Part shown: positions 36,930 to 50,633 of the stretch, piece by piece
Layout of the letters: each line of letters starts with the position of its first letter
Position numbering within the stretch: position 1 is the stretch's first letter
Source: Felis catus
Lineage: Eukaryota
Direction of reading: 5' to 3'
Assembly (NCBI RefSeq): GCF_018350175.1
Contig: NC_058369.1
Span: forward strand, 12,216,001-12,280,000
Length of the DNA: 64,000 nt
The notes under the pieces: model-generated
What the model saw: only the letters and a program-made list of their open reading frames with translations
Databases searched by the model: none
What the model was told of the DNA's origin: nothing
Position numbers and translations under genes: made by a program

Positions 36930-37158
36930 GGGGGCGCCCGGGGGGGCTCAGTCAGTTAAGCGTCTGACTTTGGCTCAGGTCATGATCTCGACAGTTCGGG
37001 GGTTCAAGCCCCACGTCGGGTTCTGTGCTGACAGCTCAGAGCCACCTGGAGCCTGCGTCAGATTCTGTGTCTCCCTCTCTCCCTCTCTCTCTCTGCCCCG
37101 CCCCTGACTGTTTCTCTCTCTGCCTCTCAACAATAAATAAATGTTTAAAAAAAAAAAA
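36930..37158 (+). mobile_element. CAN-SINE within old L1M-like sequence (about 36600-38180)
   Basis: SINE head and tail. Confidence 0.88.
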
Positions 37159-38190
37159 GCTTGCAAATGTGGAACAAAGGGCGCAGCCATGAGTCCACTC
37201 GGACACAAATTCCTCACAGTAGAAGGCTCACTGGGAAATGCGCAGGAAGTGCCAGAATTACAAACTCATCTGGCAACCACCACAATCCTCGCTGAATCCC
37301 GCGAGGCTCCTGGGAGGCCTCGAGAACTAGCGGGCGAGAGTGGAAGAGACGGGGGCATCCAGTCTCCATGTGTCTCCCACGAGAGACCGAGCACACAGGA
37401 GGAGAATAACCCTGCCGGGAGAAACCCCGGCCTCCGCTCTGACTGCAATCCAGGTGCATACCATGTCAACAACAAGGGAGAAGACATCCCAGGTCCTGTC
37501 AGTGGCACGTACCCCAAGGAAAAGGAGCCATCCCCGTGGTGGGGTCCTGCCCCACGTATATGCACGACCTGGACCATCATGAGGAAACAGCAGATATCCC
37601 TGAGCTGAGGGACACTCTACAAACTGCTGGCCTACGCTCTTCAAAATGCCCATATGCCCACGAGACAGAGACAGACGGAGATGCCTCCAGATCAGAGGGC
37701 ATGAAAGAGACAGAGCTACAGAACATAACACAGGAGGCTAGAATTTCTTTGCTGCAAAGGACGTTTCAGGAACAACTGGCAATGTCCGAACATCCTCAGA
37801 TAATAGGTTAATGATGTAACAATACAGAAGACAGGACACGTAATAAATACCATAGTAACTTAGGCAATGCCAATGTTAATTTCCTGGGTTTGAATTGGAC
37901 ACTGGTTACATAAGAGAATTCACTGGTTTTAGGAAATCCACCCTGAAGTATTCTGGGATGAAAAGGTATGGTGTGTACAGCTTCCTCCAAAATGGCTCAA
38001 ACGAAATTTTTATGTGTGTATACATATGCACATACGGCAAGAGTTAGGAGGAGGATAAAGCAAAGTGGTAAAATAATAACACTGGGGAATCTGACTGGAG
38101 GGTATTGAAAAGACTTCTCTGTATCACTGCCACTTTTCTTTAAATCCAAAGCACATCAAAATAACTACTTTCCAAAAATCACAGAAGAAG

Positions 38191-38395
38191 TGGTGCCTGG
38201 GTGGCTCAATCGGTTAAGCGTCTGACTCTTGATCTCGGCTCAGTCATGATCTCACGGTTCGTGGGTTTGAGCCCCACAACGGGCTCTGCGCTGGCAGCAT
38301 GGAGTCTGCTTGGGATCCTCTCTCTCCTTCTCTCTCTGCCCCTCCCCAACCCTCAAAAATAAACTTTAAACAAACGAACAAACAAATAAATAAAT
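38191..38395 (+). mobile_element. CAN-SINE
   Basis: SINE head and tail. Confidence 0.88.
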
Positions 38396-38487
38396 CCGAG
38401 GGGGAAAAAAACGAATCCAGAAACCCCACATGAGCTGTGTTTCCTTCCTCAGCAGAGTAGGAAAAGAGAGTCACAGCAGGGGCCTAC

Positions 38488-38547
38488 CACAGCAAACTCA
38501 TCTCTGTCCAGGTGCCCATCCTTGTCGATGTCACTGAGGTCCCAGAC
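38488..38547 (-). CDS. EPS15L1: Exon 8, [20 protein letters not shown] (EH2 EF-hand loop)
   Basis: 60 nt; ttgcag|GTC, GTG|gtaggc. Confidence 0.96.
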
Positions 38548-39719
38548 CTGCAAAGGAAAGAGAGCAAGGCCAGTTACTAGGGAGGTGGGGGGGGGGGGGG
38601 GGGGGCACTGAGGCTCCCTGGGGAAGGAAGCGTGTCTGCCAGAACTCAGATTCCGTGTGCTCGGTGCACACCGGGGTTCAGACGAGGCACTCAAGACGCG
38701 TTGGGGAACCCCTCGGCAGGTTCTCTGCAAAACCATCAGCTGACGAAGTACCATCAACTCCAAGATCCCTCCATTGTATTGTGCTCACTTTCTCTAACAA
38801 GTGATTGTAATTACAACCATGTCCACCTTGCTTTTCTCTTTATCGTCTTACAAGGAATTCTTAGATAGGAAACACGGCTTGGTTTCGGCACAGGTGCTGC
38901 TCCGAACACAAGCCCCCCCCCCAACCCCATTCACGGTGTGCTTGGCCATGGGCACACGTTCGAGGTCTGTGGGGTCTCGTCTCCTCTCCCATTGGTGGAT
39001 GGTGAGGCAGGTGACACAGAGCACGCTTGCACCCTCAAGATGAGGCAGGTACAGGTTCCTATACCGGGTCAAAGGCCATGTGCCAGACTGTCTAAACCAC
39101 AATCAAAGCACTAGCTTCCTGACCCAAGTCAGCATCACCAGAACCAGCAGGCCTGCCTGACTCGGCAACACTGGGTGGGGTGCCAGTACCCAGAGCGAAG
39201 CGGACACCTGGGGTCCGAACGTGGTGCTTCACATGCCGGGACCTCCTCAATCAGGAGCGACATCAGCCCAGAGACAGTTCTCATGTGCAGGCCCTCCTCC
39301 CCAACCCTGCTGCTGTCCTTGACTTGGGCCCCTCCAATCGTCCACAGAGGCCACAGCCTCCAGTTGGCCTCTTTGCCTCTAATCCTTTCCCCAGGGTTAC
39401 CACAGGAACTGTTCTAGAATGCACTCTGAGCCTGCCCCTTTGCCTGGCACATGGACCCCATCCCCCCTCCCGTGCCCTACACAGGTCCCTGTACCACAGC
39501 CCAGCTTCCAGGGACTCCACCTTGACCTCTAGGGACCCCAAACTGTTCACAGTCCCTTCAAGCATGTGGACGCCCTTTCGGAGGCATTCTGCATCAGGCC
39601 GAGTGCTGTATGCCTCTGGTTTCAAATAAGGAAGAGTAACTTTTCCAAGCAGATGGCACTTGCTCAGGGAACCAGGACCAGAATGAGAACTCCTGGCTCC
39701 ATTAGCCTCTCTCTGTCCG

Positions 39720-39930
39720 GGAGCCCCTCCACCTCAGCACCACGGACATTCGAGACCGCGTCACTCTCTGTGGTGGGGCTGACCTGGGCACGGCACGGTG
39801 TTGAGCAGCATCCTCGGCCTCCACCCACCGGAGGCCAGCAACACCGGACCCAGGTGGGACAACCAGAACTGTCTCCAAACATTGCTCAAAATTCCCTGGG
39901 GGAGGAATTGCCTGGTAAGAACACCAGCCC
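39720..39930 (+). mobile_element. MER20-like hAT-Charlie DNA element
   Basis: gagcagcatcctcggcctccacccacc...gacaaccagaactgtctccaaacattgc resembles the MER20 consensus as I recall it. Confidence 0.75.
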
Positions 39931-40514
39931 TCCCGAGCATGCCTCTGCTCATGCTGCCACGCACCCCTTCTCGTCCCATCACTGGCAACCCATCTCTTTA
40001 CTCTAGAGAACACAACCCACAAGTGCCTACTCTAGGAAGCCTTCCCTGCCTGCCCCATACCCCTCTGCCCTGGCAGATCAGGCATCTCCCCTCTGCCACT
40101 GTCCTCAGTGGGCAGAATCACAATTACCAGGGAAGCACTGGGTAGTAGAGGCTTTACCAGGGAAGAGTGAGGGACCTGGGGACCACCTAGGACCTCATTC
40201 CCATCTCCATGAGACCCTGAGGGGCTTACTGGCCACTCTGAAGGCCCCCATTTCCTCATCTGGAAAATGAAAGTGACGCCAACCGTAACAGGGCGGTTGC
40301 AAGTACTAAAGGACTTCATTCGTGCAAAGTGTTCCAATGGGGCTTGGCACGTATTAAGCCCTCGGTAAAGAAATATTAGGATCTCAACCACTAATTATTT
40401 TGGATCTTAACTACTATTTGTTTATTTGACCTTCTGGACTGTATCTAATTTCATCCCCATCTTCCCAGTGCTCAGCACGAGGGCTGGCCCAGGGCAGATT
40501 CCAAAACTTCCTGA

Positions 40515-40790
40515 ATGCCTGCATGGATGGTTGGTGCACGGGTGCACAGGTAAATGAATGTATGCACGAGTATACTGACGCATTCATCATGGACAGCTGG
40601 GTGCGCAGATAAATGGGTGCGCAGATAAATGGGTGCGTGAGTATGGATGCACACACAGACGGGTGGGTGCACAGTTATGAATGTGTGTGTGCACGAATAC
40701 GGATGCACTCGTGCACAGGTGGGCGGGTGAATGGATGTGGATGCATGAGTACATGGATGAACGGGTGCACATAAGGCTGGTGTGTGAAGA
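40515..40790. repeat. Degenerate TGGA/TGCA/GTG low-complexity repeat
   Basis: Seen directly; includes a duplicated tgggtgcgcagataaa unit. Confidence 0.75.
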
Positions 40791-41164
40791 AAAGGAGGGA
40801 AGGAGAGAGTAGCAGATGAGAAGTGACCCCTGTGTCACAAGAGCTGGAGCCAGGGCAGAAGACTGCAGAACGCGCCCTTCCTAGCCAAGCTCCCCTCTAA
40901 CGAAGCACGTTCCACCTCTGTCAAGTCTGTCTTGTTCGTGACTTGGCTCTACAACATGATTATATCCATCATCGGGTACTTTGCAAGGACTGCCAAGTAA
41001 AGGCACACAAAGTGCAGGAACGGGTCACCCCATCCCGCTGCAATTACAACTCAGGCCTTGGAAAAACTATAGGTGATCAGCCAGGGTCCCCATCACAGAG
41101 CTCCACCGACACCATGCCACGGCCAAGAGCGAACAAAAGGATTTGAGAGATTCCCCTTTCTTAA

Positions 41165-41368
41165 TTTTTTTTTTATAAACTTTGGTGTATTTACTTAGAG
41201 AAGAGAAAAAATGGGAAGGAGCAGAGAGGGGGAGAGAGGATTCCAAGCAGACTCCACACTGTCAATGCAGAACCTGATGCGGGGCTCAAACTCACAAACC
41301 CTGAGACCATGACCTGAGCCGAAATCCAGAGTCGGATGCTCAAACAACTGAGCCACCCAGGCGCCCCT
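41165..41368 (-). mobile_element. CAN-SINE, minus orientation
   Basis: Ends ctgagccacccaggcgcccc. Confidence 0.9.
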
Positions 41369-41779
41369 TAGTGGCCTTCTTTCAAAGCAAACTGTTAAGG
41401 TGGGCTCTACCTGGGTCCTACTAAGCGGGCCAGTGTCCAAAAAAGTCATAATCAAACAGAAACGTTATTAGGTGAATCCAAGTGGACAGGAATTTGCACC
41501 TTTCCCAGAGGTTCTACCAAACGTCATGAGCTAGACCCACAGGCGTGGCCTAAGGTAGCAGGGACCATGCTCAGTCCCCTGCTGGGCCCGTGACTGCCAC
41601 ATCGTCACAATCCAGTCCAGACAGACGACATCCCTCCCATCTCAATCCAGAGCAGGGGACTCAGTACAGCCTTGTGGAACTGGGCTTTGTGCAGAGCAAA
41701 CACACAGTGCCATGATGCAAACCTCACTGGAGGGAAAGCAATCCGGAACAGAAAGCTGTACCTAAAAAATTTGTATTTA

Positions 41780-42305
41780 GGGGTGCCTCAGTGGCTCAGT
41801 CGGTTGAGAGTCCGACTTCAGCTCAGGTCATGATCTCACAGTTTGTGAGTTCGAGCCCTGTGTTAGGCTCTGTGCTGACAGCTCAGAGCCTGGAGCCTGC
41901 TTCAGATTCTGTGTTTCCCTCTCTCTGCCCCTCCCCCATTTGTACTCTGTCTCTCTCTGTCTCTCAAAAATAAGTAAAAACAAAAAAAATTTTTTTTAAT
42001 TGTATTTAATAGAAACAAAGCTGAGGGTTTTTTTTTTTTTTTTTTTAAAGCGAATGTATAAATTTTCTCTAAGCTTGCAGCAGAATTTAAAGTAACCTCA
42101 CCTGGGAACCTGGATGGCTTAGTCAGTTAGGCATCTGACTTTGGCTCAGGTCATGATCTCACAGTTCATGAGTTCGAATCCTGCATCAGGTGAGCTCATG
42201 GCCCCGCTTCAGGCAAATAAGAACCCCACTTTGGGTGAGCCCCACTTCTCTCTCTGTCTGTCCCTCACTCACTTGCGTCCTCTCTCTCAAAAAAATAAAA
42301 AAATA
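41780..42305 (+). mobile_element. Two CAN-SINEs (about 41780-41998 and 42103-42305)
   Basis: SINE heads; TSD ttgtattta around the first. Confidence 0.88.
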
Positions 42306-42713
42306 ATCTGCATCTTAAGTTCTTAAGCAGAAAAAAAGTAATTCTAAATAGACAAGAATTATAGATGGACACTCCCACACTTCTCCCCAGAAGCACACAG
42401 AGACAGGGAGATCCCAGGTCTGGGTTCAAATCTCACCCCTGCCCACCTCTGGGCCCTGGGCAGTGAGATCACTTCTGAGGCTGCCTCCCCACGTGTGCAA
42501 TGGGCCCACACCAGCATCTTGTCCCAGGCTGCGGAGCATCTGTGAGCCACACCCATGAGGCCCTAAGCCAGCATGACTGTAACAAATTCTCCATCCACAT
42601 CGGCTCTTGCAAAGCCCCCTGATGGTGCACAGCCATGCGTAGAGCCTCCAATGTGTACGTGGGCAGGGCCTATGGAGTTCAGCAGCACTGCAGGGTGTAA
42701 GAGAACCACTTAC

Positions 42714-42839
42714 CCGGCCCAGGACATCAAGAGGCAGCTTTGAGTTCATGAGGACCGGCTTGACTTTGTCTCCAGAGAGCAAACCATTGATGGGTAAGAG
42801 GCTTTCAAAAATTCCATCAAATTTGGCCTTTTCTTCCAC
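42714..42839 (-). CDS. EPS15L1: Exon 7, [42 protein letters not shown] (EH2)
   Basis: 126 nt; aactag|GTG, CGG|gtaagt. Confidence 0.96.
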
Positions 42840-43214
42840 CTAGTTGGAAAGAAAGTGTGCCTGTGTGAGAATCCAAGATAAGCTCTGACCCGCAGCTGGA
42901 TGAACACGGGCAAGGACCCACCACTGGCCTCGCCGAAAAGCACAGGACAGCCTCATGGCAGTTCAGAGTGAACTTCTACCCGGTGGCCAAGGTCAATAGA
43001 GGGACAGGGCCTGGCCTGGGCCTCACTCTCCACCACAGGGGCTGCCTGGAAGACAAGGACCACCACTTCCTCCCTCCCAGGAGCGCACTAGGACAAGACA
43101 GATGAAGGCCTGAATGGCTGTTCCTTCTTTAGGACAAACGATGAAAACCAGGCATCAACCTACAGAACTAAAAGAGCTCAAGAACCAAATATAAAAATAA
43201 ACCAAAGACTTAAG

Positions 43215-43950
43215 GGGGCTCCTGGGTGGCTCAGTTGGTTGAGTGTCCCAACTTCGGCTCAGGTTGTCATCTCGTGGTTCAGGGGTTCAGGCCCCGTGTC
43301 GGGCTCTGTGCTGACAGCTCAGAGCCTGGAGCCTGCTTTGGATTCTGTGTCTCCCTCTCTCTCTCTGCCCCTCCCCTGCTCGCACTCTGTCTCTCTCTCT
43401 CTCTCTCAAAAATAAATAAACATTAAAAAAAAAAAAAAAAAGACTTAAGCAACCAATTACCAAAATCAACTTTAAGCAGAGGAAATCCTCTCACAGTAAA
43501 GAAAACAATTCTAAAAGCTGCTCCTGAACAGAGAGGTGTGAGGAGGACTGATGGCACAGAGCAGAAGCTACTGAGTCCACTGTCAAACATGAACTGTGGG
43601 TCACACATCCAAGGGCCATCGGTGAGGCGGGTCCAGGCAGGGCCCTGAAACCTGCCCTCCTCCAGAAATAAAGCCCACAGCCACTGGCCCCTGGGGATTG
43701 CATAACCCTCAGCACCCACTCCGTGAGCAAGCCGGAGCTGCTGCTGGGTGCACTAAGAAAACACCCTCAAGGGGCGCCTGGGTGGCTCTGTCGGTTAAGC
43801 ATCTGACTTCAGCTCAGGTCATGATCTTGTGGTTCATGGGTTCAAGCCCCGCACCGGGTTCTGCAATGTCAGCATTGAGCCCGCTTTGGATCCTCTGTCT
43901 CCCTCTCTCTCTACCCCTGCCCTGCTTGCTCACCTTGGCTCTCAAAAGAA
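43215..43950 (+). mobile_element. Two separate CAN-SINEs (about 43215-43442 and 43771-43950)
   Basis: TSD aaagacttaag around the first. Confidence 0.88.
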
Positions 43951-43974
43951 AAGACCCCCCCAACAATAAGAACG

Positions 43975-44392
43975 GACAACTAAAATGTGGTGCACCCACA
44001 CAACGAACTATTATTCAGCCTCAAAAACAAAAGGAGATTTTGACACAGGCTACAATGCGGATGAACCTTGAGGGCATCATGATGATGGACAGAAGCCAGC
44101 ACACAAAGGGCAGGGGCTGTATCATCCCACTTATGCGAGGTCCCTAGAGGAGTCACACTCCCAGAGACAGGAAGCAGATGGCGGGCTCCAGGGGCCGGGG
44201 CAGGGAGAGGGGGTTAGTGTTCATGGGGACAGAGTTTTAGTTTGGAGCAATGAGAAAGTTCTAGAGATGGACAGGGCGGAATGGATGGACAACAACATGA
44301 ATGAACCCAACACTAGGGAACTATACTCTTAAAAATGGTCACGATGGTAACCTTTATGTCACGTATATTTTGCCACAATTAAAATGCAAAAA
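43975..44392 (+). mobile_element. Old L1M 3'-end fragment
   Basis: atgaaccttgagggcatcatg and catggggacagagttttagtttgg motifs. Confidence 0.75.
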
Positions 44393-45675
44393 AGAAATCA
44401 GAAAGGAGGGCACAAGCCGATTCTGTAGGCACAAGGCCCTCGAGGCACTGAGGTGAGCGCCCCGTGTCAGCCCCGAGGGTCTGGAGCGCTGCTCTGAGCA
44501 GCCCAGTGCTCTCCCAACAGAAAAGAATACGTGTCACCTCAGGCTGGTCTGTCAATGTTTCTCTGACTGAAACTTGAAAACAGTCTGCCCCCATCACAGC
44601 ACCACTCCTTCCCAGCCTGCCGCGCGAGGCCTCGCAGCCTCCTCAGGCACCAGCCCGGCTCCCGAGTCTCCTGAGGCCCCACACGGGCCTGCCAGAAAGG
44701 GATCGGAACAGTTCCAGGAACGGGATCTCTCAGGCATTGTTTTCCATAACAGAGCAGCTCGTTTTCAAAGCAGGTGCCTTGCAACTGGACTACGAAGAAG
44801 GAAATCCTTTGGTACTGGGACCGCTGCCAGCAAAGAGCTCCCCTGCTCACGGGGGTGACTTCGCGATCCCTCGGTCACTTGAGGCCTCCTCCTGCCCTGT
44901 CCCTGCACCAACCTCCCCCTGCCCAAACTCTTCCAAGGAGGGGACAGAAAAACTGTATAAAAAACAGGACAGAGGTACTTGAGGCGGGGACAGGGTGGGG
45001 GGGGGGGGAAGGTGTCTTGATTTTACAGCAACACTGTTATTAATGTCAGCATTTAAGCCAAATAAAGGCGAGGAAACGTGACAGTCCCCTCAGCACGAGT
45101 GGGGAGTGAGGAGGTCTCGGTACGTGGAGGACCGTCTCTGTGCCCCACATGCTTTTCCTTTAGGACTAATTCTGTGCCTATTAGAAGGCACCTCTCGTGT
45201 CTTCCTCCGCTGCTTCTAGAAAGATGTGGGATGTGGAGAGGGTCCCCGTACACTGAGAGAAGATTTTCAAAGAGCAATGAGAGCATGAGAGAGGAAAGAA
45301 TAACACGTGAACTTGCTAGAAAGAAGAGCGACAGCTGCAAAGACGTCTTGGAGGTCTTCATGCTTGCCAAGTTCTCACAATTGCCTCTTCTATCCTGACG
45401 AACCAACCCAGGCAGCAAAAGCCACAGAATATGGCCTAGAAACACAAAATGTGACTGCAAAATCTTCAGAACCCGTTGCCGGAAACTCAGCTAACTGCTT
45501 TAGCAGGGCAATGCCCAAAAAGGTCACGGGCATTTCAAGAGATTTTCATCTGCAAAAGTGTTTTGGCCAAATTCTGTGGCAAATAATCATCCCATGCCAT
45601 GTTTTGAACATCGTAAATGGCTCAAACGACCGCACACGAAGGACGGCTGAGGGGCGCTGACCGGGGCTCACTTAC

Positions 45676-45738
45676 CCTCACAGCCCAATGGGCCTCTGCG
45701 GACGGCGGCGTGACCATCAAGGGGCTGCTGGTGTCGTG
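45676..45738 (-). CDS. EPS15L1: Exon 6, [21 protein letters not shown]
   Basis: 63 nt; ttacag|CAC, AGG|gtaagt; not in the ORF track, translated by hand. Confidence 0.95.
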
Positions 45739-45829
45739 CTGTAAAGGGAGAGAAACGATCACTGGTGGCTGGCCCAGAATTAAACTACGGAGGATGTGTT
45801 AAGGGAAAGGATATACATTTCAAAGTGCT

Positions 45830-46310
45830 TTCAAAATGAGGAAAGACCTCAAAAAGTTAAACGCAGAATTACTGTATGTCCCAGCAACTCCACTCTGAGG
45901 TGCAGACCCGAGACCTGAAATGAGGTGTGCAAATGTTGAAACGTGAATATTTATGTCCACCAACAGATGAATAAATTAACAAAACGGGCTAGACCATACA
46001 ACGCAACCTGGCTCAGCCATGAAAAGGAACAAAGTGTAACACCCGCTACAACACAGAGGAAGCCTGAAAGAAGTGAGATCACCAGATAGAACAGGTAAAT
46101 CCATAGAGACAGAAAGATTAATGGCCGCCAGGGGCTGGGGGAGAGAGAACCGGTGAGTGATTACTTCGTAGGAAAGGGCTTCCTTTCAGGGTGATGGAAA
46201 CGTTCTGGAACTAGAGAGGGATGCTGGCTGTACAGCACTGTGAATGTACTAAATGTCACCAAGTTGTTCGCTTTAAAACGGTAAATTTTACGTTATATGA
46301 ATTTCGCCTT
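45830..46310 (+). mobile_element. Old L1M 3'-end fragment
   Basis: aaaagttaaacgcagaattac...cccagcaactccact and ggtgatggaaacgttctggaactag motifs. Confidence 0.75.
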
Positions 46311-46379
46311 GATTAGAAAGACAGAGAGAGAAAACATGGATGGACAGATGATATTAGAAGAGCATGAACTTGAACTTAC

Positions 46380-46475
46380 GAATTTAGGTGGTGGCATGTT
46401 CAAAGTCAGATTGCTCAAGGTAACTTCGTGGCCGCTCTGTGCACAGGCCACTAGTCTCAGTGCAACATAGAAACC
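46380..46475 (-). CDS. EPS15L1: Exon 5, [32 protein letters not shown]
   Basis: 96 nt; ttgcag|GGT, TTC|gtaagt. Confidence 0.96.
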
Positions 46476-46668
46476 CTGCAAATCCAAGAAAGGGGAAGGT
46501 GTGAACACCACCCAGCTGGCAATGACAGGGGGTGAGCTGTCTGCAGCCGTGGGCTTCAAGAGAGAAGGATTTCACATCGCTCCAACACTGAAGACTGAAC
46601 GTGTAAAACTCAAGAGTGTTGAGCCGAACTGGTCTCACCCTGGGAGCACTGTTGAAATGAATATAGCA

Positions 46669-47296
46669 GGGGCACCTGGGTGGCTCAGTCGGTTGAGCGG
46701 CAGACTTCAGCTCAGGTCACGATTTTGTGGTTCATGGGTTCGGGCCCCACGTCAGGCTCTGTGCCAACAGCTCAGAGCCTGGAGCCTGCTTCAGATTCTG
46801 TGCCTCCCTCTCTCTCTGCCCCTCCCCACTTTTTGTGCTCTGGCTCTGTCTCTCAGAAATAAATAAACATTAAAAAAAAAATTAGGGGTGCCTGGGTGGC
46901 GCAGTCGGTTAAGCGTCCGACTTCAGCCAGGTCACGATCTCGCGGTCCATGAGTTCGAGCCCCGAGTCAGGCTCTGGGCTGATGGCTCAGAGCCTGGAGC
47001 CTGTTTCCAATTCTGTGTCTCCCTCTCTCTCTGCCCCTCCCCCGTTCATGCTCTGTCTCTCTCTGTCCCAAAAATAAAAAAACGTTGAAAAAAAAAAATT
47101 TAAAAAAAAAATTAAAAATAAATGAATGAGGGGCGCCTGGGTGGCTCAGTCGGTTGAGCGTCCAACTTCGGCTCAGGTCATGATCTCGTGGTTGATGAGT
47201 TCGAGCCCTGCGTCGGGCTCTGTGCTGACAGCTCAGGGCCTGGAGCCTGGTTCAGATTCCATGTCTCCCTCTCTGTCTGCCCCTCCCCCGCTCATG

Positions 47297-47335
<39 letters not shown>

Positions 47336-47557
47336 AAAAATAAATAAACATTAAAAATTTTTTTTTAAATGAATGAATGAATGTGGCAAAGTGGACTTAG
47401 TCCATTACATTCTGAATGCTGCAAAATTTCCATTAAATATAGTTTTTATACCTTTATTGTTTTTCAAGTAAGCTCTATGACTGATGTGGGGCCTGAACTC
47501 ACAACCCCAAGATCAAGAGTCGCATGCCCTCCATACACTGAGCCACCCAGGTGCCCC
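46669..47557. mobile_element. SINE cluster: three plus-strand CAN-SINEs (46669, 46885, 47130) and one short minus-strand copy (about 47450-47557)
   Basis: Four recognisable SINE heads. Confidence 0.9.
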
Positions 47558-48977
47558 TCAAATACATGTATTTTAAGCAATAATGAGCTCCCAACATTTA
47601 GGAAAATGCTAGATTAGATAAGTAGCAGACCTGGGTTTAAGATTACAAATAAACGATGACTCAAATACATGTTGATTTTTCAAAAATGGTTTGAAATAGA
47701 CACAGTTGTTTGGGAATTAACACTCGAGATGCACTGTGATCCCATTGGCCTCGCTGAACATAGCATCTCCCACTCATCCCCCTGTGGCCTGAAATGGACT
47801 CACCTTCCACGCAGGGTCAAAGGATCTGAACTAGGCCGTCAGGGGCCTTAACTCCTCCTCACCCTCCTAACCCCAGAACCAGCCATGTTACTGGCTTAGG
47901 GAACTCAACGCAGCATAATCGCTTAATTTTAATTGATCGGATAGCCTAAGAACATGAACTGTCTTAAAAGCTCTAAACACCATACGGTCTTTCAAACTTC
48001 TTCAAAGAGATAAACACTAGCTCAGCCTTTCTCGGACTGATGTCCACAGAACACCCGAGGAGAGCATACCGAAAAGGGGACGTAAAAAAAGTTTATGGAA
48101 ACTGCATTAGACAAAGCTAACGGGTTTCTTGTCCACAAGGATCCTCAGAATCTTTTAACGTGCAGATGTACAGTACGAATCTCAAGAAAGGGAGGAAAAG
48201 CTGATGGTGCCTTCCCAATGGATCGGCTCATGGACAGCGGGACACCAGGAAAGACATCCCTGGGGATACAGTTTCGGGAAAGACTGGACTAAATTAAAAC
48301 AGGATCATTTAAAATCGTTTGTTAAGTACCGTAAATATCCATTGATAGAACATTCTCAGAATGACAAAATTATGACGGAGAAGGAATGAGTGGTGGCCAC
48401 GGATCAGGGTGTGATTACTGTGGGGCAACACGAGAGAGATTCTTCTGGGGGGCAGGCAGTTCTGTATCCTGACTATGGTGGTGATTACGTGAGTCTACGC
48501 AGGTGATAAAGTTACACAGAACTATGCGCATCAGAAAAAAGCCCAAAAAGTGGTCAGCCCTGAGTAAGGCCTCTAGTTCAGTACTGAGCGTCATGCCTTG
48601 GTGACGTAAGCAGCTCTCCCAGCAGGGAGCTGAGGAAGGATACACCGGAACTTCCTGAACTATTTTTGCAACTTCCCTGAGTCTTAGGATATTTCAAAAT
48701 ATCTTAAATATATCAAAATGTCTTTGAAAACATTTGCATCACTTGTGAGCACACAAAATCTTAAAAGATACGCTAACCATGAAAAGACAGCTTCAAGTGT
48801 TCAAAAGACCTTTATTTCAAAATGAAACCTTCCCATTTTAACGGTCTGAAAGCCACACTCATTACGTCTAGTAACGCTTGTCAGCAGTGATAACAAGGAA
48901 GGAAGTGCAGGGGTGACCCAGCCTGTGGGGGCCCTGGCCCGAGCCCCTCCACTTGCTCTGTGTATACGTGTAAATAC

Positions 48978-49025
48978 CTGTTTGTCCAAGAACCCTTTAC
49001 CTTCTGGGTCGGCCAAGTCCCATAT
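48978..49025 (-). CDS. EPS15L1: Exon 4, IWDLADPEGKGFLDKQ (EH1)
   Basis: 48 nt; ccacag|ATA, CAG|gtattt. Confidence 0.96.
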
Positions 49026-49492
49026 CTGTGGAAACACAAAGATGTTTGTGAATGCAACTGCCCATCGCTGCCTGTTTACTCACAGGGCAGGAGCGCCCAG
49101 CACCGCAACACGCGGACCTTACGGGTAGGCCAGAGTGGCTACTCCCGGGCTGTGGGTAGGGAGGCAAATTTGGAACGGGTGAATCACCGGCACCCCACCC
49201 CCACCCCCGGGCACACAGCTGGCCGGTGGCAGGGCCTGGAGAACACTCAGGTCCACTCGGCTCCAAAGCCAGAATCAATCCACCAGCTGTCAGGGTCCGC
49301 AAAGCACTCAGGCCTCCCGTCCGCTGCCCGAGTGGCACGTGGGCTAACCCACCAGTTACAGCCTGAGAGGCCCGCCGTGGCCAGCCCACTCCCCAGGAGG
49401 CACACCCCCTTGGAAGAAGGGTTTGGCCTTCGCCGGCTGGGGGAATCCCGAGGGCGGCCTCAGGAGAGAAGTCACTACCGGGCTTCACGTAC

Positions 49493-49582
49493 CTTCCCGA
49501 GGATAATGTCTGAGAGGCCGGACTTCTTCAGAAAAAGTGCGGCTTCACTCGCCCCAACGCGCCCTGTGTATGCCGGGTCCAC
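49493..49582 (-). CDS. EPS15L1: Exon 3, [30 protein letters not shown] (EH1)
   Basis: 90 nt; ttccag|GTG, AAG|gtacgt. Confidence 0.96.
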
Positions 49583-49781
49583 CTGGAATGGGGGCGCGAC
49601 TGGTGAGACGAGGCTGCAGTAACCACAACAGCAGGCAAAGCAGCACACGGCCCGCTGGCCACTGGCCGATAACGTGGAGGACAGAGAGGGACACGAGGCC
49701 GTGCCGGGCTTCCATTCAGGACTGTGCCCACTGAGACACGCCCTCGCTAATTCGATCCCCAAAGACACCCGTGAAACTTAC

Positions 49782-49823
49782 CTGCTTGTAATAAGATTCG
49801 TATAAGGGATTTCCAGTGGGAAT
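49782..49823 (-). CDS. EPS15L1: Exon 2, IPTGNPLYESYYKQ (start of EH1)
   Basis: 42 nt; acceptor ttcacag|ATT, donor CAG|gtaagt. Confidence 0.95.
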
Positions 49824-50633
49824 CTGTGAACGAAACCACAGACACTGGTCAGAAGCGGGCACGTCCCGCCTTCAAAAAAAAGTGCCATCCCCTCAAACGA
49901 AGTGTCACTGCTAAAATGTAAATAGTGAAAATCAAAACGTACGCACTTTAAACGTCCTCTCCACACAGACCGCAGCTTGTTTTTAGACACAGATCTCATA
50001 CTTACCCAGTTTGGGAAGAGGAAACGCTACCACTCTTTCACAAGTTCTAATTCCTAACCAACAACTTGGCACTCAGGAAGCAGCAGCAGCTGAACTGACT
50101 TCCACTCACCAAAGGAGGAGATTTCAATGTATCCAGGGGCTCAGAGGATCCTCTGAGACTGTTCTCTGGTTCCGGAATCAGAACAGGAGTTTCTGCATAT
50201 CATCACGTGTCACCAGACACGCAAGCTTCAGACTGGTTTCCCCGCCCCAGACCTGGTCTCCACCCATCCCGTCCTCCACCAGCCAAGAGATGCACACTGA
50301 CTGGCCCCCACTGGGAGACAGCTGGCCAGTGGCCACTCCTACTGTGGCAGGCAGGAAGTACGAAGTCCTCAGCTCAGCACAGAAGACATTCCACATTCCA
50401 GCCATCAGATCCCAAGACGTCACTATTTAGAGAAGGTAACCACCCAGTCGACAGTCATGTGGCTCCCCGATGTGGCTCACTGAGGCCACGTCTGGGTCTG
50501 GCCTGGTGGATGGCCAAGCCCTCACACTTTGCACCGCGCGTCCGTGGCCTCTCTTCCCGACCCCGGCGAGCCATCCCCCAGGGGAGGTGTCAGCCAGGGA
50601 AGAAATTAGGCAGCCACTAAAATGTCAGCTCCA

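Larger units (their letters stand above)
3125..49823 (-). other. EPS15L1: EPS15L1 gene body, coding exons 2-21 (gene extends beyond both window ends)
   Basis: 20 exons with GT-AG boundaries splice in frame to [24 protein letters not shown]...[12 protein letters not shown] (738 aa), matching EPS15L1 as I recall it: 3 EH domains, coiled coil, DPF repeats. Confidence 0.98.

Noticed and set aside
48960..49622. 220-aa plus-strand ORF, and similar ones at 14710-15300, 25326-25925 and 16365-16976
   Set aside because: Antisense shadows of EPS15L1 exons plus GC-rich intron; no independent coding signal
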